Below, piece after piece: positions 1 through 9,619 of a DNA stretch of 64,000 nucleotides. The stretch is from Candidatus Poribacteria bacterium. Lineage in GTDB: Bacteria; Poribacteria; WGA-4E; PCPOR2b. The notes beneath the pieces were generated by a model. That model was given only the letters and a program-made list of their open reading frames with translations. It had not been told where the DNA came from and made no database searches. Each line of letters opens with the position of its first letter. The stretch's first letter is position 1. The DNA is taken from contig OZ244587.1 of the NCBI GenBank assembly GCA_965218095.1, positions 2,944,001 through 3,008,000 of the forward strand, given 5' to 3'. Made by a program: the position numbers and the translations under genes.

Positions 1-923
1 AATTTTGCTGGCGTCAAAAGCTGATTGTTCAGGACGATTCCGATCTTCGATGTAGTGATGCGGGGCAAAAATGGATTCGCAAAACTGATGCAGAGAAAAT
101 CGTGGATGTATACAGCGATTGGGTAGAGTACTACGCATTGAGAGGATCGTTAGTCTCAGCATTGAGAAGATCGTTAGTCTCAACTGCTCTATCTATTGTG
201 CGGACCCTTCCGCCGGATCGCTGGATACTTCTATCCTCAGTCCAAGAGCAGGTTTCCAAATTCACTGTGGACACAATCTGGAACCAGACGCTTTACTCTT
301 ATCTTGAACGTTCATTCGTCAATCACTTCACCTATATGGGAGGGATAGCATTTGCTTACACTGGAGACGATATTGCGATTCAGGTAACGGATCGGGGACG
401 ACGCCTTTTAGATGGAGAAACAATCGAGAGCTATGCACCGGAGTCGTCGTTTATCCTCCAACCCAACCACGAGGTGCTTGCTTCAAGTCATCTGCATCCT
501 GAACTCCGGTGGACACTCAACCATATTGCGGCGCTCCATCAAGCCGATCAGGTATCGGTCTATAAATTCTCCGCCGAATCGATCTACGAGGGCTTACGTT
601 CAGGCATATCCCTTGATGAGATCCTGGCGTTTTTGAGGACCTATTCCAAAACAGGCATCCCCCAAAACGTCGAGATTTCGATTAAAGAGTGGGCAGAACA
701 GTATGGGCAAATCTACTTCATGGACGTGATGCTGCTGCGCTGCAAAAATGAACGTATCGCCCAAGAGATCAAAGCCTCCAAGCAGATTGGGAAGTATATT
801 CTTGGCGAGATTTCCCCCATGGATCTCGTGGTGTCTCGCCGGAAGTATAAGGAACTCCTCTCGTTACTTGAAAAGCAGAACTATATGCCATTGCCGGAAG
901 TTGTCACATTAGATCAGGAATAG
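1..923 (+). CDS. XPB/Ssl2-like helicase-associated domain protein (Helicase_C_3), 5'-partial
   Basis: Frame is open from the window edge; C-terminal ILQPNHEV...YKFSAESIYEGLRSG...FLRTYSKTGIPQNVEISIKEW matches the helicase XPB N-terminal-like domain. Confidence 0.8.
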   Translation, partial: FCWRQKLIVQDDSDLRCSDAGQKWIRKTDAEKIVDVYSDWVEYYALRGSLVSALRRSLVSTALSIVRTLPPDRWILLSSVQEQVSKFTVDTIWNQTLYSYLERSFVNHFTYMGGIAFAYTGDDIAIQVTDRGRRLLDGETIESYAPESSFILQPNHEVLASSHLHPELRWTLNHIAALHQADQVSVYKFSAESIYEGLRSGISLDEILAFLRTYSKTGIPQNVEISIKEWAEQYGQIYFMDVMLLRCKNERIAQEIKASKQIGKYILGEISPMDLVVSRRKYKELLSLLEKQNYMPLPEVVTLDQE

Positions 924-943
924 GTTATGGGGTATCGTCAGGA

Positions 944-1005
944 TAGAACCGCAGATGCCGTAGAATTTCGCGGATACGCCCAATCCTATGAAATCCGTGG
1001 TTCTA
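944..1005. repeat. Intergenic hairpin repeat (AACCRCAGAT...ATCCGTGGTT family), copy 1
   Basis: tagaaccgcagat / atccgtggttcta inverted arms; related copy at 15525-15601. Confidence 0.65.
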
Positions 1006-1047
1006 CACACGCAATGAATCGAACAGCGACCACAAAAGGAATGATAA

Positions 1048-2988
1048 ATGAACTCAAAAACAATCCGGCTGCATTATGAAGGGTTTGCAGCTTTTGATGC
1101 AAATACCCGCCATCCCAACCTCGATCTTGATGCGGATTCAGGATGCCTGAGTCTCACGAAGGGCGTCACTTACGCCGATGAGATGGGCGCCTGCAACAAT
1201 CGGGACATTGAGACGGTGTCTCGGACGCAGTGGATTCGGAAAGAATTCTGGATTGATAATCCTGCCGCTGATGGTGCTGTCCTGCTGCCGTACATTAGCA
1301 ACAAGCCGAAAGCAGGGAGTCGGTTACGCATCACAATCAACGATCAGACCACCGTGATTTTTGAGGAACCGGAGGAACGGGAGTATTGGGTGGATTGCTG
1401 GACAAATATTCCGATTCTCGTTGAAGCACTACGGCCCGGATTAAATCGTTTTACTTTTCAAGCAGATGGGGAGGAAACGTGGGGATTTCTGGTTGAGCAG
1501 TCCCGTCTTCCCAACCGGAGTGCAAAGAGCCGCGATGCAGGACGCAACTGGGATGATGAGCGTCTTGGCGTCAACGATGCTTGCGACGGCGAATACATGA
1601 TTCGATTGAAGCTTGATCAACACCCCTTGTGTGGTGTAATGGAATCGCCGGCGATCGATCTCGGGAAGCTGGTGTCGACGGATGAGATTGCGGCGTCGTT
1701 TAATCTGAATCGCATCAAATTTCACCTCAAAGCCGACGCGCCGGATGGCACGCAGATTGATCTGAAATACAGACTCGGATCCACGCCAGAATATGATTTG
1801 GCGACATGGACGGATTGGATGTCTACCGATGTGTTGCAACCAATTCAGGCGCCACATCGTTATTTGCAGTGGCAAATGACTCTGCGAACTAAGGAGGCGC
1901 TGGTAACACCGCGCGTGGAGCGCTTGGAGGTTGATGTAAAGGTTCAGCCGGAGATTGACCAACCCATGCTCGGGATGATCGCGTGGGATGTCCCAGAAGT
2001 TGTTCAGGGTTCCTATCGTTTTTCCTATCTTCCCTACGAGACGAAACGTGGGGAAATCTTCCGCAATCGCTGGAAACTCGACGAGGCGACCGCCGGGGCA
2101 ACCTCCGAGTTTGATCAGTTTGTCCGCTTGAGCGCGTGGATTCGGCAGCAATGGGAAAATGGTTGGAACATGGGGGCAATCGACTTCTGTCCGCCGTGGG
2201 ACGGCATGGTGATCTTAGAGCTTGCATCCCGGCAACTGAGCCTGGGGATGTGCACGCACTACACAACTGTGTTTGTGCACGCCTGTGCAGCGTTAGGGCT
2301 GATCGCCAGGACCCTGGTGATTCGCGGCCACTGTGTGGCAGAGGTGTGGTCGGAGGAATATAATAAATGGGTCATGATCGACACCGGCGGCGATTCCAAT
2401 GACGAAACCAAAGCGACATACTACTACGCGAGAAATGGCGTACCGATGAGCGCGCTTGAGATCCACAATGCTTGGATACGGCAGGACTTCGGCGGTGTGG
2501 CTATCGAACCTGAACATGCTGCCGAACGGTTTAAAAACGAAGTCATCAACCGCATGCAGTTGTTCGAGCGGTTCTGTATTCAACTCCGTAACGATGAGCT
2601 CCGCACGCTCAGCCCCGGCGAGCCGGAGCATGGCGCGGGGTCGTACCACTACGATGGCTACCTGTGGTGGAAAGATGATCAGACGCCACCTAATCCGTGG
2701 TTTTCCAAACATTCCGGCAGAATCGCTGATTTCTATTGGACACCGAATCGCACAGAGATTCACCTGAGCCGGACTGATCACCCAGAGGTGCTCGGAGTTG
2801 ATCTCTGTACCACGATGCCCAACTTCAAGCACTATCTGGTACAGATAGGCGATAGTGATTGGGAACCAGAACCAAATCACTTCAGTTGGAAGTTACGTCG
2901 AGGAGAAAACCACTTGCATGTAAAAGCGATTAGCAAGTTTGGCTCGGTAGGTAAGGAGAGCCGTATTGCTGTGAGATATGATGTGTGA
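1048..2988 (+). CDS. Transglutaminase-like domain protein with large N-terminal beta-rich region
   Basis: 646 aa ORF with RBS; GMCTHY / GHCVAEVW / WVMID give a Cys-His-Asp triad. Confidence 0.75.
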   Translation: MNSKTIRLHYEGFAAFDANTRHPNLDLDADSGCLSLTKGVTYADEMGACNNRDIETVSRTQWIRKEFWIDNPAADGAVLLPYISNKPKAGSRLRITINDQTTVIFEEPEEREYWVDCWTNIPILVEALRPGLNRFTFQADGEETWGFLVEQSRLPNRSAKSRDAGRNWDDERLGVNDACDGEYMIRLKLDQHPLCGVMESPAIDLGKLVSTDEIAASFNLNRIKFHLKADAPDGTQIDLKYRLGSTPEYDLATWTDWMSTDVLQPIQAPHRYLQWQMTLRTKEALVTPRVERLEVDVKVQPEIDQPMLGMIAWDVPEVVQGSYRFSYLPYETKRGEIFRNRWKLDEATAGATSEFDQFVRLSAWIRQQWENGWNMGAIDFCPPWDGMVILELASRQLSLGMCTHYTTVFVHACAALGLIARTLVIRGHCVAEVWSEEYNKWVMIDTGGDSNDETKATYYYARNGVPMSALEIHNAWIRQDFGGVAIEPEHAAERFKNEVINRMQLFERFCIQLRNDELRTLSPGEPEHGAGSYHYDGYLWWKDDQTPPNPWFSKHSGRIADFYWTPNRTEIHLSRTDHPEVLGVDLCTTMPNFKHYLVQIGDSDWEPEPNHFSWKLRRGENHLHVKAISKFGSVGKESRIAVRYDV

Positions 2989-3054
2989 AATCTAGTACTG
3001 ACGTAATGCGTGATGCGTAGAGGGTTGAAGGTAATACCAGATCCAGATCGAAAG

Positions 3055-3180
3055 GCTACTAATTCCCTTTTGTAATGGTGACTTCAGTCGCTCTGACCGC
3101 CGTGGCAAACGACTCAAGTCGTCACTACAAAGCCAGCTATCTTCTCGCGAGAACGAATAGCTTATGTCGGAGTTAGTAGC
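3055..3180. repeat. MITE/REPIN-like element: inverted ends enclosing a REP doublet
   Basis: gctactaattcc / ggagttagtagc ends; internal tgtaatggtgacttcagtcg / cgactcaagtcgtcactaca pair. Confidence 0.65.
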
Positions 3181-3237
3181 GGATTGATCCAAAACTGGCA
3201 CAAACGTTTAATGATCGACAGAATGGAGTGATTTCAC

Positions 3238-3558
3238 GTGTTCAAGCGCGTTCAGTATTGGTGTGTAAAACTCGCGATTGCGCTGTCGCTCTTTTCCACG
3301 ATACACGGTTGTGGAAACAGATCCCCTCTGGTGGAAGAAGATTTCAGGGATACTACTTATACGGGGACGGGTCTTCCACAGTTCTCCAAGCCCATCCCGC
3401 CGGATGTTCTGGGGACGACTGGAATCGCAGCACAGCCATCTTTACAGGTGCAGATTATGAGATGTTGCCATGAATTCAGGAAAAATCGGATTGGTGGGAA
3501 ACCGGTTCCGCATACCGGGTGCGATTGCGATTTGCATCATCTGCACAAGGTTCCCTAG
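3238..3558 (+). CDS. Small putative lipoprotein, possibly a degraded gene
   Basis: Signal-like N-terminus ending IHGC; the 3' part is unconvincing. Confidence 0.3.
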   Translation: MFKRVQYWCVKLAIALSLFSTIHGCGNRSPLVEEDFRDTTYTGTGLPQFSKPIPPDVLGTTGIAAQPSLQVQIMRCCHEFRKNRIGGKPVPHTGCDCDLHHLHKVP

Positions 3559-3631
3559 CAGGTGTGGGGTATGATGATTATATGACGGCAGAACTCCCTA
3601 TCAACCGAGACGATCCGGAACGCACTGTTCA

Positions 3632-4548
3632 TCAGATCTGCCGGGACCTGGACAAAATCGTTGTTGGGGAGTTGACGCCTCGCTTGATTGGGTTTTTGCT
3701 GAACCGGTGAAACCTATCGATCAAGCTTGTCAGACCACGCTTGCTCGCATTGATTTTACATTGCAACTCCCTGGCAAGATTCGCCAGCAGATCCACACCA
3801 TTTTCCCGCGCATTTTCCACATCCTGTTTTAACCGATAGGTTCGGCTAGATTTGATTCGGTTCATATCACGCCGCAAATCTCCAATGGTGTGCATCAGTC
3901 GATGGTGTGCATCAGTCGATTCATTTCCTTTGTGAATCTTCGCTTTCTTTCCTGTATTGTTTCGTTTGTTGACTCAACCGGCGGCTCATCTTCGACGCTC
4001 ATTCGTTCAAGGGTTTGAACATCCCGCTCCTCGTAAGCACGATTAATCAGCGTCATCATCTGCTTCTGCTTTCCGCGTTTCTCGTCGCTGCGTACTTTGT
4101 CCGGATGATAACACTTGGCGAGCCGCAGGTAAAGGGCCCGAAGCTGCTTCATCTGCCCTGGAGAGAGCGCCGACGTTTTTGATTCTTCAGCCGCTTTCTC
4201 TTTCCCATCCGTCTCACGATTATCATTTGCTAATTGCTTACGCGCCGTGCGGAAACACGCTTCGACACGCGCTTCCATCTCTGGGCTATCCCCCGGTATT
4301 CCTTCCTGGAGCAGGCGCAGACGAAGCCGATATTCCTTTGTCCGGAGTTCGACTCTATCGAGTTCAAAGTAGCATTAGGCGAGACGGACGTTATACGCTT
4401 TTTCAAATCGGCGCACATCAAGCTTGAGCGCTTCCAGGCCAAGCGTCATTTCAACCACCTGCTCACGCTTTAACCGAATCTCGGTTAGCAACTGTTCAAC
4501 TTCAATTTCGTTGCCGGTTTTGATGCGGATAAGGGGGGATTGGGGCAT
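3632..4548 (-). pseudogene. Coiled-coil J-domain (DnaJ-like) protein, disrupted
   Basis: ATG at 4548 with RBS; in-frame TAA at ~4375; LAKCYHPDK J-domain motif; 17-bp duplication at 3885-3918 shifts the frame. Confidence 0.75.
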
Positions 4549-4622
4549 GGTTAGCTATCCCTCTGGAAGGGCGAGTCTTTGGAGTGCCAAACCTGTTTTG
4601 CCACCGAAACAGAGCAACGGAT

Positions 4623-5120
4623 CTAACTCTGATATCTCCGTCCCGGATCTCGATAAATAACACGTCCCCGTGTTAAATCGTAAGGCGAAAGTTCGACGAG
4701 CACCTTGTCTCCAGGCAGAATTCTGATGAAATTCTTCCGCATCCTGCCGGAGATGTGAGCCAAGATCTCATGTTTGTTATCTAGTTCAACGCGAAACATC
4801 GCGTTGGGCAAGGTTTCAACGACAGTTCCTTGTACCTCGATCTTGTCTTCCTTTGCCTTCACTTGAGGCTGGACACCATCTGTGGTTTCCTGATTCTCTT
4901 TCTGGTCAGGCAAATCAGCCTTATCTTTACGAAAATCACGCTTGTTTCTCTTTTTACTTCTACTTTTTGCAGATGTTGCTTTGCCTTGTGCAGGTCCCCT
5001 ACCTTGTGCAGGTCCCCTACCTTGTGCAGGTCCCCTACCTCGTGTCGGTCCCCTACCTTGTGTCGGTCTATTTCTACTTTGTGAAGCGCTTCTTCTTTGT
5101 GCCGGTCTTTTACCTCTCAC
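4623..5120 (-). CDS. infA: Translation initiation factor IF-1 with long N-terminal extension
   Basis: [25 protein letters not shown]...[31 protein letters not shown] is canonical IF-1. Confidence 0.92.
   Translation of the reverse strand: MRGKRPAQRRSASQSRNRPTQGRGPTRGRGPAQGRGPAQGRGPAQGKATSAKSRSKKRNKRDFRKDKADLPDQKENQETTDGVQPQVKAKEDKIEVQGTVVETLPNAMFRVELDNKHEILAHISGRMRKNFIRILPGDKVLVELSPYDLTRGRVIYRDPGRRYQS
4984..5070. repeat. 18-bp tandem repeat (~4.8 copies) encoding (Q/R)GRGP(A/T)
   Basis: ccttgtgcaggtccccta x3 plus two variants. Confidence 0.95.
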
Positions 5121-5165
5121 TCGTATACATCTCCTCTGTATGGGTTAAAGGGTGAGTTGATCTAT

Positions 5166-5969
5166 TCATTCACCTTCAAGACTGAAGATTTTTCCTTTTT
5201 CGGTGACAAGTTGGCGAAAATACTCCACCGCTTCTTGGAGTTGGGATTGAGCGTGTCCTTCATCAGTGCCTGTCGAAACCAGATCAACAGGCATGTATTG
5301 ATTATCATCGCGTCGTAAAGCGACATAGGCTTTTAGGTAGACGTCTGGGTGTTTGCTCATCACCCACTGCAAGAGCGGGGAGACTTCCGCCTCAAACATA
5401 TTTACGTAAACACGCGAAGTTGCAGTCTTCGCGCTATACCGTTCAGTGATTAATGGCGCAATGCAGGTTTCAAAGATGCCTTTCATCTCACGCGGTGGGC
5501 CAGGCATCATCAGAATTGTGGATTGATTGCTCGTGACACGGATGCATGGCGCCCAACCGACGGGGTTTTGAAAGACTTCAGCAGTTCTAGGGACAGTTGC
5601 CATCTTAACCATCGCAGGAGTCAAATCGTCACGACTTGCCAGCTCCCGTTTCTCCATAAAAGACCCTAATGTTGCTTCATGCACGATTGGTTGGTCGCCG
5701 ATGATCTTTGCAACGACATCGACAGTTATATCATCAGGAGTTGGTCCAAGCCCTCCCGTCGTGAGGATTAGATCCGTTTCCCGACGGATTGAATCCTCGA
5801 TTGCTTCGATTATTTCGTCAAACTCATCTTGGAGCATTGTCACGCGACGCAGTCTCCCGCCCAACTGAAGGATCTGCTGCGCAATCCAGTGGGCATTGGT
5901 GTCCTGGATTTGTCCGAGGATTAACTCTGTTCCAATCGAAAATAACTCAATAACGGGAGTGCTTTCCAA
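5166..5969 (-). CDS. CinA-like competence/damage-inducible protein (molybdopterin-binding domain)
   Basis: IGTELILGQIQDTNAHW, TTGGLGPTPDDIT and MPGPPREM motifs. Confidence 0.88.
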   Translation of the reverse strand: MESTPVIELFSIGTELILGQIQDTNAHWIAQQILQLGGRLRRVTMLQDEFDEIIEAIEDSIRRETDLILTTGGLGPTPDDITVDVVAKIIGDQPIVHEATLGSFMEKRELASRDDLTPAMVKMATVPRTAEVFQNPVGWAPCIRVTSNQSTILMMPGPPREMKGIFETCIAPLITERYSAKTATSRVYVNMFEAEVSPLLQWVMSKHPDVYLKAYVALRRDDNQYMPVDLVSTGTDEGHAQSQLQEAVEYFRQLVTEKGKIFSLEGE

Positions 5970-6165
5970 CTTGACCTCCTCACAATAGACATCTTTCTAA
6001 AAAGGTTGTAGTTACGCAGCATATCTAAGGTTGACTAAAGCAGCGATGACATTCCAGATCTTGCTATAATTTCTATGCTTGCCACGATACCTTTGCTGGG
6101 TAATTCGCAATATCTTGCACATTATACCGGTGTGCCATTGGCCACGCTTCGATCTTGGATAAAAT

Positions 6166-6410
6166 GACCACTTCGCACATGATGCGCATGATGAAGAATG
6201 GCTTGTGCAGGTTAGGCAGCAAGGCTGGATAATCCTTACCAAGAACTGATAGCGAGTAAGACGTTTTGTTCCCTTGTCATCCTGAACCCTTTAGTTCTCC
6301 CTGCTATCAGAAAGTTTGTGGCACAGCACCCGCCACCATTTATCGCGAAAGTTTATAAAGATGGAACAATCCGGCTGTTGGACATCTCACAGAGATCGCA
6401 AGCCACTGAT
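6166..6410 (+). pseudogene. PIN-domain (VapC45/PIN_10-like) toxin remnant
   Basis: Fragments DHFAHDAHDEEWLVQVRQQGWIILTKN* and LPAIRKFVAQHPPPFIAKVYKDG. Confidence 0.55.
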
Positions 6411-6444
6411 ACACGCTAACAACACTGAACATCTTATTTCCTTA

Positions 6445-7476
6445 TCATAACGCCTGATCAAGATACTGAAATGCCCCAACGCCGTGAAAGCTATGCGCCG
6501 CTTCAAAGACTTCAATGCCTAGCTTGTCTTCGGCGTCAAAGACACGGAAGATCTCCTTCGCTCGATTAAACGCAAATCGCGTGGCATCAATTGGGAAGAT
6601 CGTATCTTCTGTGCCTGACTCGACGAACATCGCACGCGGGGCAATCAATCCAGCGAGGTCATACATCTCTGCATACCTGAGGATGCCGGGGATATAGTTG
6701 TCGATGCAGTGGCTGATACTCAAGATGCTATCACGGAAGGTATTGAAATAGCCGCTCACAACGGCGACCTTGAAACGTTCATCGATCGCGGCCGAGTGAA
6801 ATGTCGTTGTGCCGCCGCCAGAGATTCCCATGACGCCGACGTGGTTCATGTCAATTTCAGGGCGCGTCGAAAGGTAGTCAAGTGATCGCACTGCATCATA
6901 GACCCGCCAACCGATCATCGTTTGTCCAAGCAGGAAGGCTGCCCCGGAGGCGGGCTGACACGATGAGTTGCCGCTGCCTCGCTCCTGAGCAGCCCCATCT
7001 CGCCGGTGTCCAAACCCAAACTGCTCGATTGCCAGCGCCGCGTAGCCGTGCTCGACGCACTGAAGCGCGAAGTCGTTCTGGTACTCGCCGTACTCGGTGC
7101 GCATTGCGCCGTCTTCCTGAATCCCAACGATGTCATCAACGCCCCGTCCGTGTCCGTGCAGGCAGAGAATCACGGGCCCGGGCGTTTCAAAGTCCTTCGG
7201 CAGCAGCAGATAGCCGAAAACGGTCATATTTGGGCGGCTTTGAAACAACACCGTTTCACGGGTATAGGTCGGAAACTCCTTCGTTTCCACGACTCTGGGG
7301 AGCAGATCGCATTTTTCGTCCGGGAAACCACCGAGAAGTTCGACGAGCTTGGCTCTTAGATCACGCTGCCACCTCTCTGCTTCTACCTTTGTCGAAGCCT
7401 GAAACGCCATCGTGCGGGGGGCCTGGTCGTATAGGTTATGTGAAAAGGCTAAGGTGTCTAAATAATCCTGGGACAT
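6445..7476 (-). CDS. Alpha/beta hydrolase (dienelactone hydrolase/acetyl xylan esterase-like)
   Basis: LHGHG and GISGGG nucleophile elbow, C-terminal His; start at MSQDY after an RBS. Confidence 0.85.
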   Translation of the reverse strand: MSQDYLDTLAFSHNLYDQAPRTMAFQASTKVEAERWQRDLRAKLVELLGGFPDEKCDLLPRVVETKEFPTYTRETVLFQSRPNMTVFGYLLLPKDFETPGPVILCLHGHGRGVDDIVGIQEDGAMRTEYGEYQNDFALQCVEHGYAALAIEQFGFGHRRDGAAQERGSGNSSCQPASGAAFLLGQTMIGWRVYDAVRSLDYLSTRPEIDMNHVGVMGISGGGTTTFHSAAIDERFKVAVVSGYFNTFRDSILSISHCIDNYIPGILRYAEMYDLAGLIAPRAMFVESGTEDTIFPIDATRFAFNRAKEIFRVFDAEDKLGIEVFEAAHSFHGVGAFQYLDQAL

Positions 7477-7691
7477 CTGAAAATCTCCATTCGAATCAAA
7501 GCGGAGTAAACTTGATCCCATAGTCCTTCAATAACAGAGCCTCGTATCCAACATAGCATCTTGGATACTCATCCGATTTGGCGCAATGCTTCCGAACCCA
7601 CCGTTGCAACCGCTCAAACCATCGGAATGTGTGATTCAAGAACAGCTACTGCCGATCGACTTTGTTCTATGCTGTCGGGTTTCAACCGTAT

Positions 7692-8621
7692 TCAATCCCA
7701 CAACCGCGTACTGAAGTATCGTTCCCCAAGGTCGTTAAATACCGTAACGATAACCCCTTCTTCGATCTGTTTAGCGACTTCATAAGCGCCTTGCAGGTAT
7801 CCCCCAGACGACTGGCCAACGAACCAACCTTGTTTTGCCAGGCGGCTGCACATTTCATACGCTTGATCGATAGTGACAGGGATTTTTTGATCGATAACGC
7901 TCTTGTCAAGAATCTCCGGCACGATGTCTTCGGGATTGCCCAGCGGCTTAAGGCCTTCGATGCCGGGAAATTCGTCAGGCGTGATACAGCAGATTTGAAT
8001 CTGTGAATGGTACTCCTTGAGTCGCCGCCCGACACCGGTAATCGTTCCTCCGGTGCCGACACCGCCGACAAAGTGCGTTAACCTTCTATCAGTCTGCTCC
8101 AAAATCTCCACCGCTGTTGTATCGTAATGCGCTCGCCAGTTATTGTCATTTTTGTACTGATCTGCCATAAAATACTTTTCAGGCGTCCCTTCATATCGGC
8201 GATGGACTTCACGAAGAGCTTCGTCATAGCCGAGAAGCGCATCCGTGTATATGATATTCGCCCCATGTGCTTTAATCCGCTTTTTCCGCTCTTCACTCGC
8301 ATTGCTAGGCATCACAAGTTCAACCCGATAGCCCAAAACAGATCCGATCATCGCATAAGCGATTCCTGCATTGCCGGATGTTGAGTCCAAGATAGTTTTG
8401 TCGCATGTCAACTCTCCAGACTGGATGGCTTCTGTCAACATCCGCAACACCGGTCGATCTTTAACCGAACTGCCGGGATTATACATCTCGGCTTTCGCGT
8501 AGATCTCTACGTTAGGTAACTCGTCAGCGAACAGATTGATTCTGACAAGTGGTGTATTTCCAATCAATTGAAGGGTGGGATAGTTTGAAAGATCGAAGGA
8601 GCTAGTCGGTTGTTTACTCAT
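7692..8621 (-). CDS. cysM: Cysteine synthase (PLP-dependent, CysM-like)
   Basis: IGNTPLV, NPGSSVKDR, TSGNAG, GTGGT, GERYFS motifs. Confidence 0.85.
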   Translation of the reverse strand: MSKQPTSSFDLSNYPTLQLIGNTPLVRINLFADELPNVEIYAKAEMYNPGSSVKDRPVLRMLTEAIQSGELTCDKTILDSTSGNAGIAYAMIGSVLGYRVELVMPSNASEERKKRIKAHGANIIYTDALLGYDEALREVHRRYEGTPEKYFMADQYKNDNNWRAHYDTTAVEILEQTDRRLTHFVGGVGTGGTITGVGRRLKEYHSQIQICCITPDEFPGIEGLKPLGNPEDIVPEILDKSVIDQKIPVTIDQAYEMCSRLAKQGWFVGQSSGGYLQGAYEVAKQIEEGVIVTVFNDLGERYFSTRLWD

Positions 8622-8687
8622 TTAAGATTTTGCTTCCTTTTTCCTATCGATTCTCTAAATTTCTGTACACTCAACGCCCTGCCCCAT

Positions 8688-9293
8688 TTAAGCCAGTCGC
8701 TGCTCAAGTAACGCGCGGATGTAACCTTTAGCGGCTTGCCCTGTCAGTTTACCGGCGAGGATGTCAGCGACTTCAAACTCTGCTAAACGCAATGTTGGGC
8801 AAAGCCCGTGCAATGGAGGCAGCCAATCCCGGAACGCGTCGAAAAAGGCGCGTTGTGCAGCCCTTCCATTGATGAAAGGAAAATCTGCTGTTTTTCGTCG
8901 AAATCGATCTGGGCCTTTCTGAATCGCTGCCTCTTGATGTTTTGCGCAAAATTGGAGGTACTTTTGACGATCAAACGCCACGGATAGCTCTTCTGGATAA
9001 ACCACTAAGGTCTGTGTCCGAAACATGGTAAAATGTTGTAATTCGTCGAATTCAAAAATAAAATGATAGGGCTCAGGAAAATAGGCATCGGGGACTAAGT
9101 ATCCGTCAGCTTTCGAGAACAGACCATCTTGATCGCCACCCATCTGCGCAAAGAGATCCAGGACCATCGGATGATACTTACCAAAATGTGCTGACAGTGG
9201 TTTGTTGATCAGCCAATCAAATTGGGCACGCCGTTCAGCAGGGACGCCTAATATTTCCTCAACGAGCGCGATGATACCGATTTCCAGACGCAT
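8688..9293 (-). CDS. Hypothetical protein, probable PD-(D/E)xK/Vsr-like nuclease fold
   Basis: PDAYF...IFEFDELQHF motif; RAAQRAFFDAFRD. Confidence 0.5.
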   Translation of the reverse strand: MRLEIGIIALVEEILGVPAERRAQFDWLINKPLSAHFGKYHPMVLDLFAQMGGDQDGLFSKADGYLVPDAYFPEPYHFIFEFDELQHFTMFRTQTLVVYPEELSVAFDRQKYLQFCAKHQEAAIQKGPDRFRRKTADFPFINGRAAQRAFFDAFRDWLPPLHGLCPTLRLAEFEVADILAGKLTGQAAKGYIRALLEQRLA

Positions 9294-9349
9294 CAGGGAG
9301 TTCCATAGTCAATCTACGAATCAGTAAATCAGATCACGGTTTTAACTGT

Positions 9350-9619
9350 TCAACGAAATAGATCAGCATGCGACCCGGTTCGCAAAAATTAAATCCGATT
9401 CCCATCAATCTTGTAGATCAAGATCCAATCAGGTTCAATGTGACAATCACGGCATCCCTTGTAATTACCTCTCAGAGGATGATCCCTGTGCCGCTCATCC
9501 AAACTGTCTTCATTGATCAGTTTACGAATAACATCTTTTATTTCTTCTGCTTCTTTGCCTCTTCTCAACATTCTTTTCAAGTCTCTATCGAATCGTCTTG
9601 AGTAGGCTGGCTTAAGCAT
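9350..9619 (-). pseudogene. yafQ: YafQ-family (RelE/StbE) toxin with premature stop
   Basis: DHPLRGNYKGCRDCHIEPDWILIY; in-frame TAA at 9389-9391 precedes FLRTGSHADLF. Confidence 0.85.

Noticed and set aside
1441-2880. Long antisense ORFs here and over other genes
   Set aside because: Shadows of well-supported genes on the opposite strand
4984-5070. CRISPR-like array
   Set aside because: Contiguous 18-bp coding repeats with no spacers; no cas genes
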